Program-made: the position numbers and the translations under genes | Notes under the pieces: model-generated | What the model was told of the DNA's origin: nothing | Database searches by the model: none | Seen by the model: the letters and a program-made list of their open reading frames with translations, nothing else | In this document: positions 11,477-29,500 of the stretch, one piece after another | Numbering within the stretch: the first letter of the stretch is position 1 | Layout: every line of letters starts with the position of its first letter | Source: Ramazzottius varieornatus | Lineage: Eukaryota; Animalia; Tardigrada | Assembly: GCA_001949185.1 (NCBI GenBank) | Contig: BDGG01000005.1 | Span: 2,469,249 to 2,533,248 of the forward strand | Length of the DNA stretch: 64,000 nucleotides | Direction of reading: 5' to 3'

Positions 11477-14122
11477 ATGAGAATGATCAAGAATTTTGTT
11501 TTGACGAGCTTCTTCATAATCGCACTTGCAAAAGTTGGTTACGGATATAGGGTCAATATCGTGGTCTTGATTGCTGGGGAAAACGTTAATTATGGGTACT
11601 ACGCTACAGCGCCAGTCTTCGAAGTAACATTTGCAGAGATGGCCGGAAGATTTCCTCGACTGTTCGCGAACATTTCTATCCATACTTTATATCAACCTAA
11701 CGTCACGAATTGTGAAGATGGAGGAGCCACCATGAACGCCTTAGCTGGAAAAACGCTTGACCTCGTCAGTGATGCAGGCGCATTCAACGTCGTATTTTCT
11801 CCCGGTAAGCGTTCATATGTACATGTATCATATTTTCAACTGGACCGACAACTCGTTAAGAGCTTTCCTAAATTCCAGGCTGTAGTCTCGATCTACTTCC
11901 TGTTGCGGATTTTGTCAGAGGTATGTAAATCGGATTGTTTGCTTCGAACGAAAGTTCGGAACTTAACAGGTGTTTGCCGTTTGGTCGCTTCTTTCTGTAG
12001 AGATTGATGTACTTCTCGTAGCCAGGTAAAGCTCTTTACATTGAAGTCCGTTGGTGACACTCCGCTCTGACTAAAGATGTTTACTGTTTCCCGCAGCAAC
12101 GCGGGAGACGTGAGGCTGGCGAACGCTACGAGGTACCCCACCTTTGTCACCTTTGCGCCAGTGGGAAGAGGTGGCCAAGGACCGGCCATCAACGCTTTTC
12201 TTCAGAGGTTCTCATTGACGACTGTCACAATGGTTTGTGATCGCCTGACCAATTACCTAAATGTCGCTTCCTTTGCTGGGCTCATTTGTCGCAGCATCAA
12301 GTACCAGTTCAAACTCGCCGGGGACAAATACCAGGCATACATAGAAGATTTCGATTCGAGCGGGGCAGACCTGAAGCAATATCGCGGCATACTGCTAAGG
12401 GCCAGAACTCGTTCAAGAGGTACGAGTACAGTAGAATTTTGATACCAACGCCGGCCGGCGCGTGTACAGTTTTTATCTAAGTAATAACCAGCTGTAAAAC
12501 TTTTGCAGTGATAATCATGCTGTCTCGGGAAGATGTCATAAGAAAGATTATGGTACGGCTCTCGCTCCATTTTAGGTCTAGTTCTTGACCGTTTTGTAAG
12601 CTCTGATCTCTCGATCGAAGGTTACTGCATTCACGCTAGGAATGACCAATGCGGACGAATACGTGAGTGGGCGAAATGGCGTACAGCTTCCGCTCTAATT
12701 AACCTGTGACATCCGGCAAACTGATCATGGTGGACTTCATCTTTGTGAAGGTATATTTGTATCCAGAGCCTCATGGTCAGCCATATTTGGTCGATTTATT
12801 AGAGCCGACCGATCATCCACAAGACGAGGTTCGTAAATATGCATCCTACGTTGACAGCTAGGGCTTCATGTTGTTAATTCCAGCTGGCGTGGCATGCTTT
12901 TCCCGCTCTGATTGTCGTTAATTTGGCAAGTCCCAACTGGACGCGAGTGAGCGATCTTCTGGCAAAAGTGGCGGATCTGGCGGAGAAAAAATTTAAGTAT
13001 TACTACACGCATGGGCGTAATCAGCAGGTATTGATATTAATGGCATCCCTCACCTCAAAGAACAGCAGATTCTACAGTACATTATCCATCCGTCTCTTCT
13101 TTGTAGCTAAACGAAAACGCCCTTTCAGCATTCGAAGCCGTCTGTTCCTTCTTCGAGGTGCACGAAAAATGATACGCTTTTATTTTTAACCATACACATT
13201 GAGACGTTAAAGTGTCACGCTTTTCTTGTGATGGTAGATTTTGAATCACTCGATCAAAGTAAACGATCGCGAAGAGCCACCATCGGCAGGGGACTTTCGG
13301 GAACTCTTCTTGAATCGCACGTTTCTTCTACCTAGTCGTGACGTGTCTATGTCCAGCGATGGATTCCCTGATCGTACGATTACGTTCTCCAAATTCAACC
13401 GAAAATCGAGGGCGTTTGAGGTAGTTATCACAATATTTCACAGCACTGATCGAAAGCCAAGGTGCAAATATATCTCACTGTGCAGAAAACCTGGCAGTAC
13501 TCGTCAAAGGACTCGGTACTTCAGGAAGTTTCGCCTGGTTTGGCATCTGATTGGAATGGACTTACCGAACCTCCGCACAACATTCCACCGTGCGGTTTTG
13601 AAGCTAACGGTATTACCAGCTGTAAGAATACCAGTTCTCGGATGGGTAAGATATGCGACTGGGTTCGCAGAGTGAGAGTTTTCCGACAGAAATATCCTGA
13701 GTTCGAGTTCACTAAAGATTTTCCTGCGCGACTGTTGCAGATCAAACAGTGTACTCTTCTATATCCATCATTGGAGTGTTCCTGGTTGCTTCGCTATTGT
13801 TTACGGCTCTGAGGTAAAACGCCGAGGCTGCAGCACTAGTATTTTCTTTACAGTCTACATTACTATTAATATTAATACTATTAATACCACATTCAATAGA
13901 CTGTCTCCAGATATTGTCCGACCATCAACACTATATCTTATTCCTATGTATTACTAGCACGAATCACGGGTAAAAAACGAAAAATATGACCATCGCTGAG
14001 CTTTATTTTTCAGGTTGAAAAATTCTGCAGAAAGATCACAGCACGAAGGCGATCTGTGGTGGAAACTGCACGACGAGGACATTCGGATCCGGCGTCAATC
14101 CGCCCTCAGCGCAAAACCTTGA
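11477..14122 (+). CDS. ANF-receptor (periplasmic-binding type 1) ectodomain single-pass membrane protein lacking kinase-homology and cyclase domains; paralog 1
   Basis: Signal peptide (MRMIKNFVLTSFFIIALA), VFSPG-CS...ADF, RYPTFVTF and PPHNIPPCGF motifs of rGC ectodomains, TM exon 13741-13813, then a last exon 14014-14122 encoding LKNSAERSQHEGDLWWKLHDEDIRIRRQSALSAKP*. Many small exons, including a 25-nt exon at 12001-12025. Confidence 0.75.
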
Positions 14123-14457
14123 AGAAAAATGAAAAACGAAAAATGAAGAGGCAGTATCATGGCAGCAGGGCTACCGCTTTCGCCGGAGACGATTTTCTCG
14201 TCACTCTCCCCGGTATACAACTGACACCGATGAAGTCGGCGGAGGTTTCTACGGTACCTTCCCTGGAAAAAAGCTCCTCCATAATTCAACTGTAATTTGC
14301 AAATGTAACGTGGTAGATGCATTCTGTGGACTTTGAAGCCTGGAACCATACAGTACATACCATCAGTGCCATATAGCGTGCAACCCAGCTGAAGTAAGTT
14401 AGTAAGTTGGCGGCCCTGGAACCTATTGTATACACGCAGTATCGATCGTGATCAATA

Positions 14458-14630
14458 CAGGCACGACGATGGGTCAGTAAAAATTGTGGGACAGGCCTGT
14501 TCGCTACGGCGGCACCGAAGCACGTACATACACGACCGAGTCATACTAATGTGCTTTTCGACACTTTTCTACGGTCGAATTTCCATTTTGCCGTCCTTTC
14601 CGCCTGTCCCATAATTACCCGTCGTGCGTG
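14458..14630 (-). mobile_element. MITE, TA TSD, CAC/CAG termini (Tc1/mariner-like); same family as 31959-32148
   Basis: TA|CAGGCACGACG...CGTCGTGCGTG|TA. The interior is the reverse complement of 31959-32148 (shared GTAGAAAAGTGTCGAAAAGCACATTAGTA and GGGACAGGC). Confidence 0.8.
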
Positions 14631-14956
14631 TAGTCTCTCAGTTACGGCGCTGGCGAGTGCGTCGAGGGGCCAATCTTGAATTAGGGACAGAATCGAATTC
14701 TTGGTGGAATAAAAATTAGAAACTCAGCACGCAATCAGGCAAGGTTCTCTGAAACCGAGTAAACACTCTTGCGAGGAAATATTTATCAGTGGGCCCGAAA
14801 ACACTAAGCTAGCTGATATCACTGTTAGTTTTCCCCTACAAAGCCGGTGCGACACCAATATGAGCACCATCGATGTGACCAGAGGTCCTCGCAGGATTAT
14901 TTGTAGTCTTATAAACTTCTTGCGTAAGTTTCGGTCTGCGACTTTGACCTGAAGTG

Positions 14957-17515
14957 ATGCAGACTCTAGTTTCACTTGCATTTTGCAATGTTCTTTTGTT
15001 CATGCTGATAAATCTGATCGTGGGAACCAGAGTGAATGTTGTGGTGTTGATCACAAGCCAGAACGTTAACAGCGGATACGAAACGATGGGACCCATGTTC
15101 GAAGTTGCATTTCGAGAGATGGCGGAAACTTATCCTTTGTTATCCAGAAACGTGTCCGTTCGCATCGTTTACCAACCTAATGTGACCGATTGCGAATGGG
15201 GAGGCGTCACCATGATTTGTATGGCGGAGCAGTCGCTGGACTGGATCAACTTGAGAGATTCATTCAACGTCCTGATGACACCGGGTATTCTCGCGTTTTG
15301 TTCACTCGTATTTCAGAATGACATTGGCACTTTACCATAAAGCAAAAATATCTAATAGGTTGCAGCTTGGAACTGCTACCGCTTGCCGATTATGCCAGAG
15401 GTGAGTAAAACTGCGCCATTAATATTGCTGTCTAGGTTTCGATTTCGCTCACTGTGCGTGCCACCTCTTTCCAGAAAGGGACATACTTCTGATAGCAAGG
15501 TACAGTTTTCCTGATCCCTACTTCTCGATAAAACTTCTCGAACACAGGAAAGTATTTCGTAGCAATGCGGAAGATGTTCGACTGGCGAACCCAGTGCGCT
15601 ACCCGACGTTCCTAACCTTTGCGTCTGTCGGTCAGGGCGGCCAAGCACCAGCAATCACCTCATTCTTGCAAAGATTTTCTTGGACCACAGTGACCTTGGT
15701 CTGTGATATCGATAGTTTGGCGGAATTCACGAACGTCGCAGCTTTTGTCGGAGTTGTGTGCCGCGCCCTTCGAGCTCAACATACGACACTAAGAAACGTT
15801 GATTTCCATATATTTCTTGAGGAGTTTGACTCCAACAAAGCCTCTGTCCAGAATTACCAGGCAGTCTTAGAGCGAGCCAGACTGCAGTGTCGAGTTATGA
15901 TCCTGGTATCCCGGCAAGACATTGTACGAAGGTTTATGGTGAGTTTCAAACTCATGCTCTGAACGCGGCATAACGAAGAGAGCTGTGAAAATTATCGAAA
16001 ACTATTATTTTCGAGGCCTCTCGGGTTTCTCTGAGTTACAGGTCACGGCGTACACTCTGGGAATGACCGATCCTTCTGAATATGTCGGTTAATTTTCATT
16101 CGATTTACCACTTCCGTCTTTCGGTTAATTGTACGGTCCCGAGCTCCAAGTATTCTTTCATTTTAGGTTTATTTGTATCCAGAGCCTCACGCTCAGCCGT
16201 ATCTGGCAAGTCTATTGACACCGACAGATCACCCCGACGACGAGGTACGAGCGCGCGTCGTTTAAGCGTCCCGACCTGAATGGTCTCTGAGTATGCGATG
16301 GTTCCCTGTCCGTGTCGGTCATCTTCTGTTATTTAATTGAAGGTGGCAACTAAAGCCTTTTCCGCTCTGATCGTTGTCAATTTCGAAAGTCCCAACTGGA
16401 CCAATTTGACCGACCTTCTAGGAAAGGTGGCCCACTTGGCTCAACTGAAGTATAATTACACCTGCACGCATGGGGAGAATGAGCAGGTGCCCCGTGTTTA
16501 GACACGAGCTCGATCAGTCTCAGACAAAATTTTTGATAGCTGTCGACATCACCCGTGAGAATAAAATTTGAATTTGTTGTTTTTCCAGAAGAACGAAAAC
16601 TTATTGTCAGCATATGAAGCGGTGACTGCTTTTATGATGGTGAGACCATTGCTGGTTCGCCGGACTCAAATTCTCGAACCATTTCTGCTGTTAGCGTGCC
16701 TCATTGAAGTTTCGCCACTGTGTAGGTTCTTAACGACTCCATGGAGTTCTTGACGGATGAGAAGACAGCCACGGACTTCCGTACACTGTTTCTTAACCAT
16801 ACTTTCCACCTACGCACTCGAGACGTTAGAATATCCGACAATGGGTTCCCTGATCGAGACATCTCATTTCACAAATTCAATCAGACTTCTAAACGTTTTC
16901 AAGTACTCGGGACTCTTGGTTGCGCTCGGGATCGTATTCTATCCAATGAGACGTTTAACTTGACGTTTTTTTTCTTCGCTTCCGGTAGAAAGCCTGGTGG
17001 TACTTATGGACGAAGACGACATTGCACGAGGCCTCCCCAGTCCTTGCTAACGACTGGGGAGGACGGTCGAGGCCTCCACCCAATATTCCTCCTTGTGGAT
17101 TCGTTCAGCGGTATTGTGTTGCTTCTTTCAGTTTCACCTCAGGTACATAAGTCTCCTTTCCACTGCAACGACCTCATACTACAACGGGTTTTTCGCGGTA
17201 GAGTTGCGTATTATTGCTCCGATCGTTTTACTTCTTCTTCTTGGAATCTGCACCTTCGCGGTCATCAGGTACGTTCAGCAGCCTAACTTTCTCATGTCGG
17301 GTCGTGCACTTATGCGGTTTCTCACTTAATTATTGGCCTCTTGGTTCGGCAGGTTCTGCAAGTACTTCAAGAACAAGAGGAAAGAAGCAGAACGATGGTG
17401 GGACCTGGATCCCAAAGAGTACGCTGCTTGTTGTTCAATGCGTGAGCGGAAGTCAGAAGTCCGCAGCCCGTTCGTGGAACAAGTCCTTCGCGAACCCGCA
17501 TGGACCCGGTCGTGA
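14957..17515 (+). CDS. ANF-receptor ectodomain single-pass membrane protein lacking kinase-homology and cyclase domains; paralog 2
   Basis: Colinear with paralog 1 (RVNVVVLI, YQPNVTDC, PG-CSLELLPLAD, RYPTFLTF, GFPDRDISF, PPPNIPPCGF). TM segment IIAPIVLLLLLGICTFAVI, tail RFCKYFKNKRKEAERWWDLDPKE.... The C-terminus may extend by one more exon to about 17660-17700. Confidence 0.72.
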
Positions 17516-17831
17516 ATTTCCTATTCCCTGGCATATATGTAATTTATTTTTATGCCCAGCTTTCATACGACGAAACTTCTGAGAACATACCACCACCCAA
17601 AAACGCAGCCAGCATCGATGTTTACTCTTGGTCGTCCGACCGGACGGACCTTCCGGCTGTGAGTTCACGCATCATGCGCAGCTATAACAAGTTCTTATAG
17701 TCAGCAACATTTATACTTGGTTATTCGCTCGGCACAAAAGGTTGGTTTACAAAGTTTACAAAGCCAGCTCACGAAATATACGCTGCCTCGCAATGGAACA
17801 AACAGGAACAGATTCAGAAATGTTAAAGTGA

Positions 17832-19202
17832 TTATTGGACTGGTGGCGGAGGTGGGATGAAGGCTCCTGGAGGAGGCGGTGGTGGTTGGAACATGGGCAT
17901 AGGTCCAGCTCCAGGGGGCGGTGGGGGCATCTGCCCTGGCGGTCCATGATGGCCCATGGGAGGATAGCCCGGAAAGAACATGCCCGGCATCATCATGGGC
18001 ATCATGCCGCCTTGCGCCATGGTGGCCGCAGCATTGGCAAAGGTTGAGTAGGTGTTGGGAACCATGGGAGGAGGTGCAGCCACGCCAGCGTTGGGTGCAT
18101 CAGCGAAGAGCTGATGAGGCCTGTCTGCTTGGGCGATGGGGTTCTGAGCTGCGAGGAGTCTCTCAGCGGCTGAACCGTGACGTTCCCCTTTGGAATCCTT
18201 CTTGAAGGCATAGGAGACGGAGATGGCGCGGTTGCAGAGGTATTGACCGTTCATGGCTTCGATGGACGCGTCGGATGCATCGAAGCTGGCGAAGTTGACG
18301 AAGGCAAAACCTTTGGAGTTGCCTGTTTCTGGGTCTCTCATAATCTGCAAGAAAACGCATCCATAAATCCACAAAAACCCGTCTGAAAAATAATGGACAT
18401 AATCAAAACGAAACCTCACGTAATAAGCCGTTCTCCGAATTGACGCATCCTTCCATTCCGGAACGCCGGAAACATGCGCCACTTGGAACATTCAACTTGA
18501 CAAGATCGTTTTTCCCGAGTGGCGCACGCTCTCGACCATTAATACTGAAAACGTACGCCACTTGGGAAAACGACCTTATCGAGACTGTTCGCCGAGCCCG
18601 AGATTAACGTAAAATTCGCCCTTATTTCTGCGGATTATAGCAAGCGAGTAAACATACTTTCGGTGTTTGTAAAATCATCCCAAAAGCGCTAAAGGTGTCA
18701 TAGAGCAATTTTTCGTCGACTTCAGGGTCCAGATTCCCGATGAAGATATTCGCGCCGATATCGAGATTTTTCTGATGTGCTGCTGCCTACAAAATCAACA
18801 AGATATTCCTGCGGCCGAAGTATGACGAAACCGAAAAATTACGGTGATATTGTAGGACCATCATACCTTGTTCACACGTATAGGTTTTCCATAAAGTTTT
18901 ATCATATTCATAACTTTCATAGCATAATCGGCGTCTTCTTCGCTCATAAACTCCACGAAGCCGTACCCCTGATGTGACAGCGTTATCCTGTCTTTTGGCA
19001 TATGAACGTTCACTGAAAAATAAGACAATATTGGTACTAATCCCACATGATTACACCAGTTCGAGCAGTTCGAAGATTACTTACCAACGGGTCCAGCTTG
19101 AAGGAATAGCTCCCATAACAGTGCTTCTGATACCTTCTCATCCAAACCACCGCAGTAGACGGTAGCGTCCTGATTACGCTCCTGGATAGGATCGACAGCC
19201 AT
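17832..19202 (-). CDS. SF3B4: Splicing factor 3B subunit 4 (SAP49)
   Basis: [39 protein letters not shown]..., two RRMs ([16 protein letters not shown]; [28 protein letters not shown]), [18 protein letters not shown], Pro-rich tail. Confidence 0.97.
18438..18563. repeat. Two tandem family A inverted-motif pairs
   Basis: Pairs at 18438-18484 and 18517-18563, each a 47-nt span; right flank GGGAAAACGACCTTATCGAGA; longest SF3B4 intron. Confidence 0.8.
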
Positions 19203-19602
19203 CTTCCACAACGGTTACTCCGACGTCTGATAATCCCGAGGGTCTGAAGGAAATGCTGGTGATGGCAAAGACACGAGAATCTCAGTCAGTAAAGGAAATT
19301 CTCGAGAAAATCTAGAAAGAATGTGGAAGGTGTCTGCCGTATGACGCATCGGCCATTGTTTCGTTTGACGTCATCATTTGCGTTGTTGCGGAATTACTTG
19401 ATTGTCCTTGAGATAGAGGGTTGATTGATCGGGCTCGGATAAGCTAAAACCGTTCTGCAGTCGTTTTATTTTCTTCCAAGTCCTAACTCTCAGATCTCAT
19501 TCTTCAATCTTGACTCTTATGTCAGCGGCCACGGTACCGCGTCAAGAAATGAGAACACGTTGTAAGTGAGAAGAACAGTCCACGGATTGGGAAAGCATCA
19601 TT
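19203..19602. promoter_or_regulatory. Putative bidirectional promoter of SF3B4 and DHX8
   Basis: 400 bp between divergent ATGs; contains the palindromic CRE/ATF site TGACGTCA at 19366-19373 and TGACGCA nearby. Confidence 0.55.
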
Positions 19603-25010
<5,408 letters not shown>

Positions 25011-25361
25011 CCTTATTTTGCACCTTCTTCTCGTTGCATCCTATACATTTTCATGTTTCATATCCATGAGTGTGTTGAATCCGTAAATCTTTTCACGTCT
25101 GCTAGCAAGGCACCTTTCATGTCTGTACGGCATGATTCATGTAAGATTCACAGTTTTGCCAGCAGTAACAACTCAAACTTTGGTTTCTGTTGTCAGTTGG
25201 TCGTTAAACCTATTGTTGCAGAAACTGAAGTATTTAAAGATTTTGGGGTGTCGTTATGACCTTTGGTAGTATTGTATCACTCGTCGGTGGCCAAGAATAC
25301 ACCTCCTTCAGGTATTCGTGGATAAGCTTGCCGCTTGGACGAGCGAAAGTCGTTGGCAAAT

Positions 25362-25480
25362 GCGTGCGACCATACCACGTAGAATGCTCCCGATCCCGTT
25401 CGATCTCGGAAGATAAGCTACGTCGGGCCCGGTTAGTACTTAGATGGGTGACCGCTTGGGAACACCGGGTGTTGCAGGCT
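25362..25480 (+). rRNA. 5S rRNA: 5S rRNA gene, copy 1
   Basis: 119 nt, GCGTGCGACCATACCACG...CGATCCCGTTCGATCTCGGAAGATAAGC...TTAGTACTTAGATGGGTGACCGCTTGGGAACACCGGGTGTTGCAGGCT, followed by a T-run (Pol III terminator). Confidence 0.97.
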
Positions 25481-25736
25481 TCTCTTTTTTGTTTCGCTCA
25501 GGTCGCTGTGTCGCGCATCTCGACCGAGTTGCTGCGGGCACTCATTGCACCCCAGGCTTGACGTTCAGAAATCGATCGTTTCCCACCTTCGGGATTTTCT
25601 GTTCAGGGTTGGGCATGACGCGGATAAGTGCGAACTGGAGTCTCAAATCAAGTCGGTTCTTTTTGTCAGGAGCTCAAAGCCAACACTGAAATTGTATCAC
25701 TGAAGGCGGCGTTGGAGACAAAGACCGAAGGTACTA

Positions 25737-26251
25737 AGCTCTGTTTCATCTACCGATGGGTGGTACTNNNNNNNNNNNNNNNNNNNNNNNNNNNNNNNNN
25801 NNNNNNNNNNNNNNNNNNNNNNNNNNNNNNNNNNNNNNNNNNNNNNNNNNNNNNNNNNNNNNNNNNNNNNNNNNNNNNNNNNNNNNNNNNNNNNNNNNNN
25901 NNNNNNNNNNNNNNNNNNNNNNNNNNNNNNNCTGATTAGTACTCATAGCGCAAGTCTGTTCCACTGATTGACAGCTGACCGTTGATTGGCCGGTCTGCCG
26001 CGTGCTCACTACCCGGGACGGATTCACGCGTACGACTGTGTGGAGGTTCGTACATACTGAGGATCAGAGATCCTATCAGTTGATCTTCCCCCGTGGCGGG
26101 ATGATCAAGAGCTGGTCTTAACTTTCTGAAACGGCCAAGTTGACCCGTCTCGCGAACTAAGAGCTATGGCCGTAAAAGAATCCATAAAAAAATGTTGGAT
26201 GGGTTGGCCAGGAGGCTAAAAGTACCACCCATCGGTAGATGAAACAGAGCT
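25737..26251. mobile_element. MITE with >=31-bp perfect TIRs and TA TSD (interior partly an N gap)
   Basis: TA|AGCTCTGTTTCATCTACCGATGGGTGGTACT ... AGTACCACCCATCGGTAGATGAAACAGAGCT|TA. Confidence 0.85.
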
Positions 26252-26579
26252 TAGCGGGAGATTAATCCGCCCCATTGGGAGTTACATGCGTGTTATGAGT
26301 AGGTAATCATAGCTGTGACACACTTGGTCTTTTTTTCAATGAAAACTAGTTGATCGAATCCACAAAATGACCCGGGTACCAATTACGAAAGTGATCTACC
26401 AGTTGTATAACGAGGCAGAAATAGAGAGGAAGCCGCGCACGCTGTTCGTGTGGATCGAACCCCCGACACTGTTGCGTTCAAACATTTCTCCTCTGAAAAG
26501 TTTCCTGCGACCTTTAGCAGTTCGGAATTCTAGATAGACGGCGGAAGCTGCTTTCAGCGATTTGAAAAAAACTTCCGCC

Positions 26580-29500
26580 ATGCGAATTTGCTTGTTGCTG
26601 TTCCTCTTTGGCGAGTACTCGAGTAACTTGGACCTCGCCTTCGAGACAGCCTTGAAGCGGGTCGGTGTTTTCTATCCCGGCATCCTTTCCGAATTGACAG
26701 TGGTGAAACGGAACATCCTGCCGAAGGATTCCGCAGAAAGAATGGAAGCCGTCCTTTCGGAAGGCATGTATCGCTTTCTGGACTCGGACTGTCTCAATAC
26801 CCGGCATAATTTGAACTCGTCAGCCATCTCCGCACCATTTCGTGCCGTCATATCTACAGGTATGTGGCTGTTCCTTTAGTGATTAACTTGTTTGCTTCCA
26901 GCCATGGTTTTTTCAGGAGCAACACGGGAAGCCACTATCCTGGGTGACATAGGAAGAGGTAGATGCAGGTCTAAGGTTATGCGTAATTTCATGCTGATGT
27001 GCCCTCACGAAAGTGACGGTTTGATCTGCCTTCCAGAGGAAGACACGCTCGTAATGATCAGTGAAGCAATTACTTCCACCGGAAATGAACAGAATTACAT
27101 TGAGCGGTTCCCGACGATGCTGCGGATGTCGAACACCCCAATCGAGCAGATGGCCGATGCGGTAATTCATGCTTTGGTTCACCTCGGATGTGGAAAATAC
27201 ACATTTGTCTACGAGAGAGAACCCCAAGATGAACTGACAAAACAACGACTGGGGAACCTGAGGGATGCCTTGCGGAAGTACGATGACCTGCATGGGAGTA
27301 TCGGAAAATGGAGACGAAAGATTGAGCGGTATGATTTACCAGCTTCACCAGTTCATCTGACCGATCAGCGGCATGGCACTATCGTACTTACACACATGCA
27401 AGCGATATCTTCCGGTACGTCTTTGTGGCCACCAATAATATGGTAGATTTGCTAACCAGTTTGCACATCCTGGATAGTCAGTATCATAATTTAGATCATG
27501 TTTCCAGTTCACGTTCTTGCTTTATCCCCCGAAAATCTGGACAGGATAATCACAAAGTCCGTCGATGACGGATTATTCTTGGAGAAGAAACACCTATTCA
27601 TAATTCTGCCTACCGACATCAATGATCTTGCGTTCCAGGAACGATTTAGATCTGTACCGGTATGATCGCGTGGAATGCGGTGTTTTGTTTAAAGGGAAAT
27701 TGTGGTGGGCATTTGAATTATTTTAGAGCTTTACTCCAACAAACTGCAGTTCTCACGAGCCGAATATCCTCCTGGCTTCTTATGGACAATTATTCTCGCC
27801 TCGAACCACCAACCTGCTAAGGGTACCTCGCCTCTGCATGTCGCAGACTTCGATCTACGAAGCTGTCGTGTTCCTGTTTCGGGCAAGTACCTGCCGAGAA
27901 CCCTAACGAGCTTAGTCAAAGTACCGAGAATAGACGATCGTTGACCTTTTCTCGTAGGTTATCATGGGTACTGAAACACCGAAGAATGCAAGCCGGTCCG
28001 CCAGAGAGTTGCTGACTTCTCTGCGTAATCAAACGTTCGGAGTACCTGGCCTGACCAAGCCAATTACCATAGACCAAGCCGGAGTGAGGGTGATTCCGAT
28101 ACACTTTCAAGCATTTTTGCTTACTACCGGCCGATTCCAGGTACGTCGGGCCCTGTCAATGTAATCGCTTCCACAGCACTGCAGTTGCCTAACTGTATCA
28201 GCTTAATTTATGTTCAGACCGTTATGCGTTACAATTCGGTCAATAAGCAGATGGATTTCATCGATGATACGAATGGCAGTTCCGCCCAGCTCAAGCTTTG
28301 CATTCACTTTAACGAATTGGACAGTCCCAATCTGTCCCTCCCAGGCCAAGGTATCCAACCGTTCGTGGCTGGAACTATTCAAACGTTTTCTAGACCATAA
28401 CATAGTTCTCGGGTTTTTGGGTATAGAAATCGCTCGGCCGACAGCGGTCGCGTTCGGAATTCTCGCCGGGATCGCAATGCTGGCAGCAACTCTTCGGTTG
28501 TGGTGATTAATTTCGTCAAAGTTTAATTTAATATCCTTTTATCCAGCTCTGAGAGATTTTATTAATTGAGTCTCGTGGTTTGGTTAACAGGAAGCGTATT
28601 CAAAGATTTACGGGCCTCGCTTGGGTCGTTTCTGAAAGTCAGATGCAGTTCATCCGGTCTAACACCATCACTATTGGCAAGTTCGTCCTACCAGACAGAA
28701 CAAGCGTGCGCGGCGCCACCATGCTGTACAGCGGTCGCCTTCTTGCATGTTGCTGCAGTTTTCCGATTTACGCCCCTTTCGAGGAAGTCAAAAAGAATAG
28801 TTTGGCCAAATTGGTACTCAAACTGGTAAGCGCTTTTTCCGGCAGACTTCAGCGCCGGGAAGTCCACAAAATTCCGTTTCTGTAGTCTAGAGATCTTGAT
28901 CATCCAAACATCAGTAAATTTTACGGCATCATGTGGACCAGCAACCACCCGTATTTTGGGAAAGCTATGCTCCACGTTTCCGAAATGACAAGCAAAGGTT
29001 TCCTACGGACCATCGTTGACGACGACGCCTACGCACTAAACTGGGACCTACGGTTTTGTCTTATGTGGGATCTTTTCCTGGGCCTGCGTTATATTCACAG
29101 CTCCAAGCTACGGTTCCACGGGAGCTTGACCAGCCTGTGCACCTTCGTGGATGAACGCTTCACTTTGAAGATTAACGGAACCGGTATCCTGCCCTATTTC
29201 GGAACTATCCTAATAGATAAAGTTGTTGCGATGCCAGATTACAAGTATGAAGTATCAACGATGATGGTTAACCTCTGGATGGCACCGGAGTTTCGTCAGG
29301 ACCTCCGTACCGGCTGGTCGGCAGCATCCGATGCTTTCAGCTTTGGAGTGTTGTTGTATGAAATGTCCACCAGGAATGCTCCCTTCAATGTCAATCTGTG
29401 CGACCTTGCGGCACTAACTGGTCAGTATAAAAGTGCGAACGACACCCACTACCTTCTAGAAAAAGAATGCCAACCTTATCTGGACTGTTTCAGAATTCAC

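Noticed and set aside
18438-18563. Repeat-spacer-repeat pattern suggestive of CRISPR or attC arrays
   Set aside because: Arms are inverted, there are at most two units per locus, spacers are loosely homologous, the context is eukaryotic introns, and there is no cas or integrase gene.
25481-25736. Spliced-leader RNA or snRNA linked to 5S (as in nematodes)
   Set aside because: No donor-plus-Sm-site arrangement or U snRNA sequence recognised next to either 5S copy, and the flanks of the two copies are unrelated.
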